A stretch of 63,187 bases of DNA, counting the filler, from Choristocarpus tenellus KU-1152 (lineage: Eukaryota > Protista > Phaeophyceae): NCBI GenBank assembly GCA_964200185.2. It is 11 parts of 11 records of this genome, joined end to end, with 100 filler letters (N's around TTAATTAATTAA, not from the genome) between each part and the next. Parts side by side here need not be neighbours in the genome. Positions count along the whole stretch, not along the records: positions 47,355 to 55,407 come from CAXNAD020005217.1; positions 55,508 to 63,187 come from CAXNAD020005767.1; 9 more parts are not named here. The stretch is one strand, 5' to 3'. Below are positions 48,662 to 61,375 of this stretch, in pieces. Position numbers and translations under genes: made by a program. Below the pieces are notes generated by a model. The model saw nothing but the letters and a program-made list of their open reading frames with translations. It did not search any database and had not been told where the DNA came from. Numbering within the stretch: the stretch's first letter is position 1; every line of letters starts with the position of its first letter.

Positions 48662-49852
48662 GGAGAGAAACAAGAGGATATTGTTGCAAGGAACACCAAA
48701 CAGAGAAACAAAGAGCATGTTCGCCACACGTTAGTTTGAGGCACAAATACAAACACAGAAACACAGATGGAGTGCAAGTTACACTCCCACCCAGGTCCCC
48801 TTTACCTCCTGGACCGAAAACCACCGACTTTTCCCACAGAGAGGAAGGTGTGATGAAGCGAAGTTCTTCTCCATGTGCACCCACACAGATCTTAAACAAA
48901 ACCTTCGCGTCATCCAGTTTAAGTGGCAGGAAGCAGAGTTGCAAAAGTACTTTTTGTTGGGACGATCGCCAACAAACCCATGCTGAGAGTGATCTTGTCG
49001 CACTGGGAACAAAGAGTTTGAAAAGAGGGGCAAACAGTGTCAGATTGCTAGCGAACATTGGTTGCTGAGGGTACCAAGCGCAAACCAAGCCAGATACCCC
49101 CGAGGGATCCTTGTGTTCCCTGCTTGGGCAACTGGGTGCAAACAAGGACAAGTACCCCCAAACGATAGCATATAGTGGGAAAATATTTTTTTATTTGCAG
49201 CTGGCTCCATTCTGATACCAATAATCAGGAAAGGCGCGAATCCCGTTTGAGGGTTTACATTAGTGTACGTCTGGAAAGAATAAATATTCTCCCTAGCTTA
49301 GGTTAGCCTCACTTCACAATAAATCATTTCCCACATATATGCTACCCAGAGTCAGCGTTTGCGGGCACTTGCCCTTGTTTGCACACCCAATGCCCCAGGA
49401 AGGGAACATGAGTATCCCTAGGGTATATTTGGCTTGGTTTGCACTTGGTACCCTCGGCACCTAATGTTCATCAGCAGTCTGGAACTTTTTGCCCCTCTTT
49501 TCAAACTCTTTGTCCCCAGTGCGACAAGTCCTCTCCAAATATGTATTTGTTGGCAATTGTCCCAACAAATACTAGTTTTGCAAGCTGCTTCCTGCCACTC
49601 AAACTGGATGACGAGAGGGTTTTGTTGAAGATATATGTGAGCACATGAGGGTAAGGACTTTCCTTCATCAGACCTTCCAATCTGTGGAAATGTTGATGGG
49701 TTTGGGTGTGGGATGCAAGAGGACCTAGGTGGGAAGTTGACCTGCGCCCTATTTGTGTCTCTGTGTATCGCATATCTGTGCCTTAGAATAATGTCTCACA
49801 GACATGTGATGTATTTTTCCCTTGGGTTCCTTGCAACATCCTTTTTGTGTCC
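48662..49852. repeat. Large imperfect inverted repeat (~530-bp arms 48662-49188 / 49321-49852, ~130-bp spacer)
   Basis: The ORF track gives homologous peptides on opposite strands (LFAPLFKLFVPSAT at 48654-49151 on - and 49434-49628 on +; SSSLSGRKQ on both). Confidence 0.88.
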
Positions 49853-52034
49853 TTGGTCCCCGCACCTCCTGTTGTGATAACTTCTTTACGGTTTGTCATC
49901 ACAATTACACCTCTCGCAAGAACTACATGTGCTCAGACAAACCTGTTGTGACAATGTGGCTGGGCGGTAATCCTTTGAAGTACTCCTACATGGCTCACTT
50001 GCAACAAGCATATATGGACTATTGCCAATTTTCTGTGACCAGGATGGGGGTACGGCAGGGCTTGATGCTTTGAGCTGGAAACAAAGGGGGAATGAATGGC
50101 TGGGGGAAAAGAGAGGGAACTTCACCAGTTAGTACCTACTGTGCTCCCCAACAGCCCCAGGAGGAAAGAAACAGTGAGGTTCATGTGACTGTGGGTAATA
50201 CCGTAGAGACTGTGCTATAGGGGAAAAAAGGAAGGAGGAGGAGAACATTGTCGCCACTAAACAGCCATGATGCTTGGGCTGCAGAGGGGGGGAGGGTAGA
50301 AAGTGTGTGTGTCTGTATGCGTGTCCTTGTCTCTGGGAAAAGAGAGGAGAAGCCCCATCAAGTAGCAGACACAATGCTCCAGCTACACTAGGAGGAATGA
50401 CACTGTGTGTGTGTGCAGCTTGGCTAGGTAGAAGGGGTGGGGTGTACCAGGGGGGAGGGATCTCTGCTTCTCTGTGCAATTTTTGATGATCGACGTAAAA
50501 AAGTACATACATATGTTACCTGGGGGGTCTGTGTGTAACTTCAGGGTCTGTATGTACCCTCGACCTTGAAATCTGTTTACAAGGAATTCAAAATTATTAG
50601 TGAAATGGGCATCAGAGGCCAGGGCCATGCCAGAAAGTCACATTTCTGAGTAACCATTCCATCAACAATGTTCAACAAATAATATTGATCTTGTTTGACT
50701 ACAGGTAAAAGTTATGAGTAGGAATAAGGTTAGGAGGGAGACAAATATAATATCCGAACCAACCACCCCCTACCACTATCTGAATAATATTTTTTGTGGA
50801 CTAGAGGTAGAATGGAAGGGGGACGGGGGGAGACCTGAGTATTTAGTTAAGGGTGTGATCGAAGGAATCACACCTACCTATATATGTTACCACATCGAAA
50901 TAATATCTTTTTTGTATTACCCTATTCAATAACATTTTCGAAATGTGTCAGGGGTCTGGAGGAAGGAAAGATTTACGTAGTAGTAGTATAATGGTGTTGG
51001 AAGAAGTAACAAAATTGATGTAACAATATGATAGGCTCAGAGGGCATAATAATATAATATGATAGGCTCTTTACAGAGGAGTTATTGTAGAAGGTTTTAT
51101 CCACTATCTCCACTGACTTACGTATGTACACAATAGTGCATATTAGTAGTGGTAGTAAGTATGTAGTATATGTAGTATTATATTTTTGTGTATTATTTTT
51201 TGTAGCTTAAGTTATGTTTGACGCCATAACAAAAATATTTTCGTTTGACCTGTCTCAAAAAATCAGAAAGGAACCACCACCTTACAGAAAAAGGGTGAGA
51301 ACTACAGCTCCAGTAAACTTGTACACTGGTGCTATCCTCGAGCTCTCTAGCCCTCATATTCCCACTCAGCGTTCCATTTTCTGCAGCGCTCTGTTCCCTG
51401 TTCTTTGCTCGTGCTGGGCAGCAATCATAATTGCCCTTTGTCCTGGAGGAGGAGATTGTTCAAGGTACATACTACTACTACTACTACTGTTGTAGCTTTA
51501 CAGTGTGACCCAAGCCTGCAATCAAACCCCAACCTCAGTACTAATACAGTAATTGTACAAACTACACCACCACGAGATTGACCAAAAGCGGAAGAAGACA
51601 ACGTTTGTGGGGTGGATTTGGTTGTTGTTGAGGTCAAACTCACACGTTGCGTAACTGAGGAGTGCGACATTCCACTCCACTGCAGGGTCCGGGCCCTCAC
51701 TTGGTTGAAGTGTCTATTTAAACCACAGGATGGAAGCGCATAAGTGATTGTAGCACAGTAACGGAGAGTGCCATCTTCCATTTCTCTCTTACATGCTCCC
51801 AGGTTCACGGTCGCTGACTTCAAGGCTAAAAGCGCCGTGTTGTGATTTGCAAAGTTATCCAACTTACCCCAGGTTTGAAGTGATTCGCCTCATCGAGCAC
51901 AAAAATACTCAAGGAGAGTGTTGGTGGAGGGACTCACTTTCAAGGGCAACGGGGCCACCTTGTCTTTTCTCTTGTAGATTCGTCTGTAAGGCGGATCAAG
52001 GAGCCGGTTACCCCACCCGGGCTGAAGGGTGACG

Positions 52035-55000
52035 ATGATGTCTTCCGATTCTCACGCATCTAGAGATACCGGGGAAATATCTGTGCAAACGAACCGGCTT
52101 GGGCGCCGGTTCTCCGGGTTCACATCGAAGGAGTGTAGCCCAGAATCTGATCACACAGCTGCAAATCACCCGTTATCTTCGACTGAGGAAGTTGGCGACA
52201 AGGTATGCGACGGCCCTTACATGAAACAAGTCACCTCAATGGAGGGTGTGGCAACTCATCCAACATCGGCAAAGGAAGAAGTTGACAACAATGGAAACTC
52301 AGGCGCGGGAAAGGCTAGCAGGGTAGCGGTAGTAGGGAGCTCTAGCGGCGGGGGACATGACGGAGATTCATCTGGTGGTAGGAATGGGAGAGTTTCTGAC
52401 TGGAAGACAAAAAGGACAGGGTCGGGGTGGGGCCAGGAGCAGGAAAATTCTCCTTCAGGAGGCACGGTTTTGCTGCCATCGACTAAGGAGGAGGCTAAGG
52501 TGAGTTGTGCTGGATGCGCTTGTGCTTTTGGTTTGGAGGGGGGAGAAGTGTTGTGGTAGTGGGGGGATGGTTGGGTCTCTTGATCCAGCAACGTTATTCG
52601 GTTTCTTGTGCTCTGATTTTGTCAATTCTTCATCACGCTTTGCTCTGACCTTAATGTGTGGAAGTATTTAATCACTGGAAATAATTCCATCTGACTTTCT
52701 ATGTGGTGTAGACTGTGTTGCCAATGACCCCGGGCCCCCTCTTTTTTTTGTTGCAATCATGTTTGCAAAGTTACAGGGGTATTGATTTTTGTGCCCAAGC
52801 AGCACACCAGTGTCACTAGATTCCTTTACAATTTATGGCAGTGGACTGAAACCTGGGTGGAGTTGTCTTACTGCACACTCTGGATGTTTTACCTTTTTCA
52901 GTTTAACAATTTTCGTTTTGGCACCTCAATTCATGGGCATCCCAATCCTATACTAATAAAGCCACCACTTTATCTCTGATGCTCTATTCAGCCTTGACTG
53001 TGTAGCTTGTAATTGGTAGTGCCAGTGGCCATGTTATCACCAGAGTATAATGGGTGAGGTAGACACGAAAACCTGCAAATCCAGGTTGTTTTAACTCAAT
53101 GCATCCTTAAAAGTACAGACTTCTTGCCATAGAGTTCATATGAATATGCATATTTACCAAGCTCTTCCTGTTTCTCTATTACTCATGGCTGTACCTTAGT
53201 AGAAATATTATTCTTGGAGAGCATTGTTCTGTAATGTCAGAAATGATTTATGTCTGGCACACATATTCACCGATCTTTAGGACAGGAAAAGTAAATGGAG
53301 TTTTGTCCTCCCAGGTGGCAAAGTTTCGCTGGTATTTTCCAAATCCCCAAAAGTACCTCTCAACCTTTGCCTTCACCTTTGTCTGCTGTTGTCTCCTATT
53401 CTTTTCTTCTTCCTTTGGGGCTTCGGCCTGCACCCAATTCACATAGAAAACAGAGAAAACAGTGCTAGAGAGCGAGGGAAAGGAATCAGTTCATCATAGT
53501 GACTGTAGTGGCAATGGTGGTGGAATGAGTAATGGCAGACAAAATGATGGAAACTGCAGCAATGACAGCAATGATTCTGGCAAATATCACATGAATGCCA
53601 ATGGTAATGGTGAGGGACAGGTTGGAGATGGTGGAAATCCTTGTAAGAAGGGCGGAGGTGAGAACTCTAGTAACAGGGACTATGGTGTCGGTGGTAATGG
53701 TGTCTGCATCAGTGGCAGTGATGGTAGAGGTCGCAATATTGGTGGTAGGACTGGCTCCTGTGGCAGTGATGGCGGTAGAGGTACCAGTGCAGGCCGAACA
53801 TCTGAGCATGGGAATGTTGAGGGCCGTGATGGCAACCGAAACGATAGTCGATACAACCGCACCTATGGCAAGGCTAAGAAAGAGAGCAATCGGCGGAGGC
53901 GCTCGTGGTCTAGGGGCTCACTGCCTGAAGAAAGAGACCGGTATTGTCGATACAATGGTCGAGCCTTCAGCCGTAGCCGCAGTCGCAGCCGTAGCCGTAG
54001 CCGTAGCCGCGGTAGTAGGGGCAGCCGCCACAGGGGTCGGCTCCATTCGGATACAGTTCGTAGGGGAAGGGTGCACAAGCAAGATGGTGAGTGGAGCCCT
54101 CCCGCAGCCTTCTCCTCCCACAGTCCAGGGAAAGGGTGGCGACGCAGCTGTAGCCCACGAGGGCGTGATCAGAGCCCTGTCAATGCCACCAGCCGGCAAC
54201 CACTTGCCGGTGGCAGAGGGTATGGTCGCAGTGATGAGCACAGCCTGCCTGACCGATCCAGGAGAGAGGGGGACAGAGAAGGTCGGAGGGTATCCCAGAG
54301 GGAAGACCGCTTGAACAGTAGCAGGCAACGGTGCAGGGGAAGGGATGTCCGAGACCGAAGCAGAGGTGAGACTGGGGAGAGAGCTGAGAGTTCCAGGGGC
54401 GGTGGGGGTAGTGGGCGGATGCGTGAGTCAAGGGGAGACAGTTGGTCAGGACGGAGGAGGAGCCGTCAAGACCAAGGAAGTGACTACCGTACGTCAGGGG
54501 ATAGTTGGGGGTGCCAGGGTGGGCGCACGCTGGACAGAGAGGAAAGGGAGCGTAGTACTAAATTTCATAGTGTGGAGCGCAGGTCTGAGCAACTACGTGA
54601 GGGCCGCCAGTCATACAGGAGGAGTTTGGACCGCCATGGTAAGGCGGTGGGAAGGGGAGAGCAAGACTACCGTAGACGAGAACGACAAAGGCGGGACCAG
54701 GACAGTCACTACCACGAGGACCGTCGGGTGCAGCCACGCTCGGGGGGAAGGAGGGGGGCTCGTCAGGAGTTGACTGATGATGGCAACAGCCCCAGTGGTG
54801 GCAGGCGCGGTGGTGGCAGTCGAGGGAGGGGGAACGGTACTTCATTACGGAGGGGGGAGGGGAGAGACCTGAGCGATTGGGAGCGCGAGGAACGCCATCC
54901 CTTGTCTCGTGAAAACCGCTTCCGGGATGAGAAAATGGGGCGAGGTGGTAGACAATCACAGGTTCCACAGCAAGATTCACACAAAGATGATTTGCGGAGG

Positions 55001-55309
55001 TACTCTGCTTTGGGAACGGGCAGGGAGAATGGTGAGAGCAGGAACCGTCTGAGCTCCTCCCCGGAAAGGACGGAGGGCGCAGAGGTTGCACAAGTTGCTT
55101 CTGCCTTACCTCAGCCTCCGGTCCCTCTCCCACTTCCTCCAGGGGTGCTACCACACCAGGTGTGCCCTGAGGAGCCCGCCAGGAAACCGTTGCCAATATT
55201 TGCGAGTTTCACACAGGCGACATTCCAGGCCCCTCGTGCAGTCTATACGCAGTTCCTAGACCTGTTCCAGATCCTGGTCATGGAGCCCCAGTACTTCCCG
55301 CCTGGCAAG
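52035..55309 (+). CDS. Large low-complexity Arg/Ser/Gly-rich protein with an RS-dipeptide tract, 3'-partial; exons 52035-52499 and 53447-55309
   Basis: An 1863-bp open exon bounded by tag| and |gtgtgt splices in phase 0 to the upstream exon ending at a GTGAGT donor. Contains SRSRSRSRSRSR. A more ordered segment begins at LPIFASF...MEPQYFPPGK. Confidence 0.75.
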
Positions 55310-55517
55310 GTGTGTGTGTGCGTGTTGGCATAATCATGTGCGTGTGTACATTTTTATTTTTTGTTTTGTGAGGAGTCAGAGCAGAAGGAGAACCCAACAC
55401 CTCCGCANNNNNNNNNNNNNNNNNNNNNNNNNNNNNNNNNNNNNNNNNNNNTTAATTAATTAANNNNNNNNNNNNNNNNNNNNNNNNNNNNNNNNNNNNN
55501 NNNNNNNATGAAGCTTA

Positions 55518-55760
55518 TGATTGATTTCCCACCTCCCCACGATTAATCACTCGATTCCACGATTGATTTTCCAGCTCGCCACAATTAATTAATCGCGTCG
55601 ACGATTGATTTTCCAGCTCACCACGATTAATTACTCGATTCCACGATTAATCAGTTACTTCGACGATTGATTTCCCAGCTAACCACGATTAATTATTCGA
55701 TTCCACGATTGATTTCCCACGAATGCCACGATTGTTAGTCGATTCCACGATTGATTTCCT
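55518..55760. repeat. Degenerate ~42-bp tandem repeat (cacgattgatttcc.../cacgattaat...)
   Basis: About 5-6 alternating acgattgatttcc and acgattaat subunits. Confidence 0.85.
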
Positions 55761-56670
55761 GTTTTTGTACCAAGTGATACAAAAACGATACTGTACCACA
55801 TCAATTATGTACCACTTTTTTCGGGCATGCCCATGGGTGAACAAAATCGGGGCACCTACTGTATAACACAAACCCAGTAGTCATTAGGTTAAAAAGAAAA
55901 TAATGAGAAGGTGAACGAAGAGTTGAGTATTGGGTGGGTATGGTGTTGGCAGTCGCCTCTTCCATCAACTATGTGGTGACATAACTTTTGATCAACAACA
56001 TTTTTTTTCATGAAAAGTTGTTGTAATCGCATCAGCGTACTTAACTTAATTTGATGGGTCTCGGTTTGTCAAATTGGAGTATTCGTGAGAAATACAGGAC
56101 AATACTATAATCAAGTAGTCCGCACGCGAACCGCGCATTTAAGGATGATTTTGACGCCAGAAGAGGCCGTCTTCACCAATTCTCTTTACATTATTTTCCG
56201 TTAATGCTATGTTGTCACCTCCTGGATAAGGCTCACTCATGGGGGCCCAGGTCTCTGAACCAGACAATCCATGTCAAGTTAAATGAGGTATTCTGAAGGT
56301 GCAGACCTCCTGTGAGACTTAAATGTCTCGTACACACTGTCCAATTTGGTACACTTCATGCCTTTCTCGTTGCAATATATCAGGTGGTAAGCAATACTCA
56401 ACCTGAAGAACCTCTCCACAATTACTCTGGACAACCCCCCTTCCTCCTTAAGACTGATAGGAATGTTGGCTCTCATTCCAGGCAAGGTGTATTCATAGTG
56501 GCCTTGTACATAGTGCTTCGCCCGCCCCTAGACCATCTCTATCAAGTTCACATACTAGTAGTACTTTGGAAGTATCAAGCACTGTCCTCCAAGACGCTCA
56601 ACCAGAATCGTGTCTGTGAGTGACTTAAACAGGATTAAGCCGAGGTTAGCCCTCATACCGTTTTGGCGGT

Positions 56671-56986
56671 GACCAATCTTGATTTGTTTAAAATGGTTGC
56701 CCAACGAATTAATGGATGATCAGCATATCAAATGAAAGCTATGGATCTAGGCTATCGATTTACTCCAAGTATTTATTTTCAGGAAAGATATTTTTGTCGT
56801 GATAATTCATTCCGGATTATTTCCAAGATTATGCCGAAAACATTCGGTTAAAATTTAACCTTACCAAAATAATTTTCCGAAAGAATTTCTCTCTGGATAT
56901 TGATAGCTTAGATCAAGAGGTTTCATTCGATATACTGATCGTTGTTTAACTCGTTGGGAACCTTTTCAATAAAATCAAGGCTGGTC
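56671..56986. repeat. Fold-back (MITE-like) element with ~90-bp imperfect inverted arms
   Basis: gaccaatcttgattt...cccaacgaattaa...gatcagcatatcaaatgaaagc...gatctaggctatc is inverted to gatagcttagatc...tttcattcgatatactgatc...ttaactcgttggg...aaatcaaggctggtc. Confidence 0.75.
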
Positions 56987-57297
56987 TTATCCTAGAGGTG
57001 GCTGCCAACACTATACGAGGCTGAAGAGGTAGGAGAGAAGTTGATAGAAATGGGTGGTAGTTGGAAGCATGAGGTAGGAAGGGATGGATCAGTACATAAG
57101 GAAAACTTGAGGTTGGTAGGACAGGACATGCAAGGCTAGAACAAGGCAACATCCTAGCAATCTTTCTCACCCACCCACCCTTTCAATTGTTCACTACCGA
57201 ATGGGATCCTGGGGTTGAGTGGTGTTGTATGGTGCGGTGAAGCGGAAAGTGGTGGAAAGTGTTGTGGGGTTGAATCGTGGGGTGGAATGGAAAGTAG

Positions 57298-57454
57298 TGG
57301 TGACTGGAAATCAGTGGCTAAGGGGCCGCACATGGTTGGTCATGGGATGTGGTTGGTGACTGGAAATTTCTGGTGAACGGGGTTCCCACTGGTTGGTCAC
57401 AGGATAGGCTGGTGACTGGAAGTCAGAAACGAAGGGGTCGCACTGGTTGGTCAC
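57298..57454. repeat. ~56-bp tandem repeat, 3 units (ggtgactggaa...tggttggtca)
   Basis: Three diverged direct copies. Confidence 0.8.
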
Positions 57455-58658
57455 AAGTGGTGGTGCAATGGGGAGGTAGGATAGGTGGAATGCAAACAAA
57501 ATAAAATAAATAATAATATAGAATTCGTGAGCAAAGCAAAACATACATACACTGAAGACTGTAAATATTACATAAATATCATATTACTACCTCTGTGCCA
57601 TAAGGTTGTGCCGCGAAACATCTGGACTCACCAAGCAAGAACGGCGCCGAATCGGATGATAACCCCACAGAATGAAATCGGGTTGAAAATTTCAGCTTTC
57701 AGAAAGGTGGAGGTCGAGGACCATCAGGTACAGACAGACTCGAGATGCTTCAAGCCTTCAAAATAGGGGGTGATTTTGAGGCCAAAATTAGGCATGTCGA
57801 GGGTCAGAACATCGCCATGGCAACCCCCCCGTCAACCCCCCCACATAGGAAGGGTGCCCAATTGTCCCTGAATACCAGGGTTGCGCTTGCAGTGCGGCAC
57901 GCCCTCGTGATGGTTCCTGGTGAGCATAAACTGCCACGACACGTTGGGCTGACCCTCGCAGTAGAGTTTGGAGTGTCTGAGCGTTACGTGCGAGGGCTCT
58001 GGGAAGACGTCACGATCAGCTCGCCAATGGCCACAGGCTTGATCTAGGGGTGGCGGCGCGTAGTGGGCGGCCTTCGGAGCTCACACCAACCAAAATGGCC
58101 GCAATACATAGTATCAACTCCGATAATCGGTCATCCACAGTGCGTCAGGTGACAATGAAGATGGTCGCCAAGGGCCTGAATTATAGCACGAGCACCATAA
58201 ACAGGGGTTTGGATGATATGGGGGCCATGCCAAATTGCCGCTGGATCAAACCCAAGCTTAAACCATAGCAAAAGGTATGGGGAATGGACATTGTTTGTGC
58301 TTAAGTGAACCAGAAAAGTGGTGTATACGGCTCCATGGCGAACACGATCGATGTGGATGAAACCTGGTTTTACGTTATGGCTGATGGGAAAATGGTTAAG
58401 GCATTCCGCATGGGGGTGATAGCGATCTTCCAGGGTCCCCTACTGTGCAGCACAAGAGTCATATCCCCCAAACCATGATCATTGCAGCCAACACCCGCCC
58501 AGATTCGGCTCACAGCTTTGATGGAAATCTTGGTGTTTGGCGTGTACGTGCGCCAAAAATGGCAGATAGGACAAGCAAGAACCATAAAAAGGGGGATGTG
58601 TATGAGCAGGACTGTACTTCAGACAATTTGTTGTACAGAAAGTGGTACACGGATGTGT

Positions 58659-59457
58659 TTTTACAGGCGAATAGCGCGAGCATTTCTTCTCGTGTTCTAG
58701 CAAGTGCGAGCAGTATACACACTTAAGGATTCTTACAAGAGGAACCCCAATTTGCTAGAATATGCAGAGTTAGATTTGCAATGCATAAGTAATCTTACAG
58801 AATGAACACCGATTTGCTAGAAGTTGCAGAATAAGATTCGTAGCACATAGGCGACCTTACAGAATGAATGCCGATTTGAGTGAAAATATCTTAGAGGGTA
58901 CGAGGTTTGCCCTGTTTGTCCGTTTGGGGCTTGGCTTCCCACGGGTTGTTTTATTACATTTTCCTACCCCAAAATGTTTTGAAGCAGGTGAAGTGTAGAT
59001 GTTGTGGAAAAGTGTGTCCGGAACATGGATGTTGGCACTTCCTAACAAAAACGATAGCCAAGATTATATCAAAATCGCAACATTGGATTTTGACCCCCAA
59101 ATGGACCCAGCTCTACGCTCTAAGATACTTTGGCTCTTTCCTACAAGTTACAGAAAATATTTGTAATTTGAGTACTTATACAACAGCTTGCAGATGTCTT
59201 TCAAATTGTAGTGTGTAGAAATCGGGTTGGTGGTGCTAATAAATAAGAGTGCCTTCGACGTATCTATTTCACTCTTTTTCTCGAATAGAACATTAAGTCA
59301 AGCATTAAAGCTAAGTACTGAGTGAAGCATCGAGAGAAGAATGGCTGACACCCACACGTGGCTATCAACTGTGGAAATACCCCCATAGCGTCGTTTAAAG
59401 GTCGTTGGATTGGAGCTACACATCCTGTGGAGGTAAGTTCTGGAGCGCGTTGTAACA
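58659..59457 (+). mobile_element. Solo-LTR-like insertion in the transposase
   Basis: T(t)TTACA...TGTAACA termini; imperfect 4-bp TSD GTGT/GAGT. Removing it restores WYTDV|LLPAIK. Internal ~62-bp tandem repeats at ~58732-58877. Confidence 0.75.
58878..59136 (-). mobile_element. MITE family A copy inside the solo-LTR-like insertion
   Basis: Family-A TIRs; TSD TTT/TTT. Confidence 0.9.
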
Positions 59458-60074
59458 GAGTTACTGCCTGCAATCAAGACTAAGGCGCCTTGGTTGCAGG
59501 GGAAGCACATTGTCGTTCAGCAAGACTGTGCCACCCCCCACACGGGTAAGGGCAACTCAGAAACTTGTCAGGGGCAGGGAAGACTGATGGGGGGTCGATT
59601 AGGCTTGTGACACAGGCATTTAACTCCCCGACCTCAATATCATGGACCTGTGCTTCTTCAGGTCTTTAAAATGCTGGGTGATGGGGGAGCGGTTTGGGTC
59701 CGTCGAGGAGATGGTGAAGGTCATTAAGAAACAATATGAGGAGTATGATGAAAACACGCTTGAGAGGGTTTGGCAGCTCCTTTTCGTGGTGTACAATCAA
59801 ATTTACTTTGATACAAAGGGGGGAATGACTTCAGTGTGGAGCACACAGGGATAAGGAAGAGGTAGTTGTCTGGTAAGCTTGAAAACACGCCAAAGGTAAA
59901 CATGGAGGCTTTTTCTGTGGCTGATAAGTTGTGATTGATGGGGAGTAATAATATCAAAAAGTGCTGGCCCTAACCAGAATCCGTAAGGGATTCCAAATCT
60001 TCTGTCAGAAATGAATTCCATCATCTTCAAAAGTTATGGATAACGCGGCACAGACTTGTGGCACGGAGGTAGTA

Positions 60075-61375
60075 TATATATGATATTATGCGCTCTGACA
60101 TTTTGCAGGTATGTCAGGGGAAAAGCCAATGAAGAGTCAATTCAATATCAAAAGAACCCCGTAAAAGAAACAGTTGTCGTAAATTTGAAAGATATCTCTA
60201 TGGAATATATTTTCTATTTGAATCCAGCTAAGCTACACCACTCCCCTGCTATGCCTCCAACCTACTTTAGACCTACACCACAGGGCGAGGAGCTAGGGAA
60301 GATTCCAAAGAATCTGACAGACCTCTCCTTGCCTATCTCCCTGGTGTCTCCAGCCCAAAATATATGACACGTCTTGATAGAGCCACTTGTGTAGTGACAC
60401 TACCTGTTGTGCACGGAATTTGACAGCCCCTTTCCTGCTGTAGCCTCCCACCCCTCTCCCCCCTACCACATGCGTAGCAACTCATCCAGAAAACCTTCTG
60501 CTTGCTTACCGAGGCACCCAAAACTTTCCACCGCGAAGGTATTGAGTGAGTTAGTGGGTGCACTTCTGCACATCAGCTGCAGCAAGAGCTATACCATTAC
60601 TGATGGATGAGTGTGGTAGATGGGATGCTGCTTGCACTTCTGAAAACATAACATCCAGGAGGAGGCTTTACCCTGATAGGGAGCTGACCTGGTGTCTGCA
60701 AGTGCCCCAGCATGAAAGACCACATTCATGCGGAAACTTCTGTCCACTGTGAATGACCTACCGTCAACCATAGTGCAAGAGATGCCCATACTTTTGCAAA
60801 GTTAACCTAGACGCTTCAACATTGGTGTGTGTTGGTGTACCTGCCTCCCTGCCCTAGAGCAGGTACGAGCATATCTAGTGCCCACATTTTGCCTCGTGCA
60901 CCCAGCCACTCAGCACCTGTTGGATAGGCCCTCCTCCCTCCCTAGGGATCTGCTGGCAGTGAGTCTAAAGTCTATGGGAGGAATCTGGAGTGCTGGTTCC
61001 AGGGGTTGTGTGGAGGCCCATGCATTTGCCCCTTTGTCCACACTGGCTCTGGTGGTGGACCAGGGCAAACAAAGAGCTTTCCCTCCCTTATTTTGCATCC
61101 TCTCGTAGGTTGGCCAATTGCGTCCAGAAAGAGTCGAAGTGGATCCTGTTCAGGAGGTGGGTAATCTTGTGTTGTGCGCTCCTTGTGATCCTGGCATCAT
61201 GGACTGCTAGAGCGTGGAATCATGGGGCAGGTGTGGGGTTTGTTGTTCCCCCCCAGGCTACCCAGCATTGGCAAATTTCCGTCAAATCTTCTGAAGGGAC
61301 TCCTGTAAAGAAGAGGGTGTGGATACATGGTCCCAGGACCCTAACTGTGGGGCTACGTAGACAGGTTTTGTGCCC
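60075..61375 (-). mobile_element. 5'-truncated CRE-like non-LTR retrotransposon copy
   Basis: Peptides IHTLFFTGVPSEDLTEI, AWASTQPLEPALQIPPIDFRLTASRSLG and RMNVVFHAGALAD are homologous to 45095-46683. The same 3' hairpin is at 60093-60120. Confidence 0.85.

Larger units (their letters stand above)
57817..59865 (+). pseudogene. Mariner transposase pseudogene
   Basis: HTH region (EFGVSERYVRGLW...SGRP), IDVDETWFY, QHKSHIP, FDGNLG, LLPAIK, VVQQDCATPH, NSP/DLNIMDLCFFRSL, KGGNDF. Stops, frameshifts and an ~800-bp insertion. Confidence 0.9.
57587..60072 (+). mobile_element. Full-length defective Tc1/mariner element (plant-type DD39D / Stowaway-like termini)
   Basis: ~29-bp TIRs CTACCTCTGTGCCATAAGgtTGTGCCGCG / CGCGGCACAgaCTTGTGGCACGGAGGTAG, with a TA TSD on both sides. 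Confidence 0.92.

Noticed and set aside
51425-51862. Divergent gene upstream of the RS-rich gene
   Set aside because: A plausible donor (CAA|GTGAGG) exists, but splicing to the next acceptor gives a stop within a few codons (DKGQL*), and no domain is recognisable.
53595-55196. Overlapping alternative-frame and antisense ORFs in the RS-rich exon
   Set aside because: Expected by-products of GC-rich low-complexity coding sequence. Only the 53447-55309 frame has matching splice sites.
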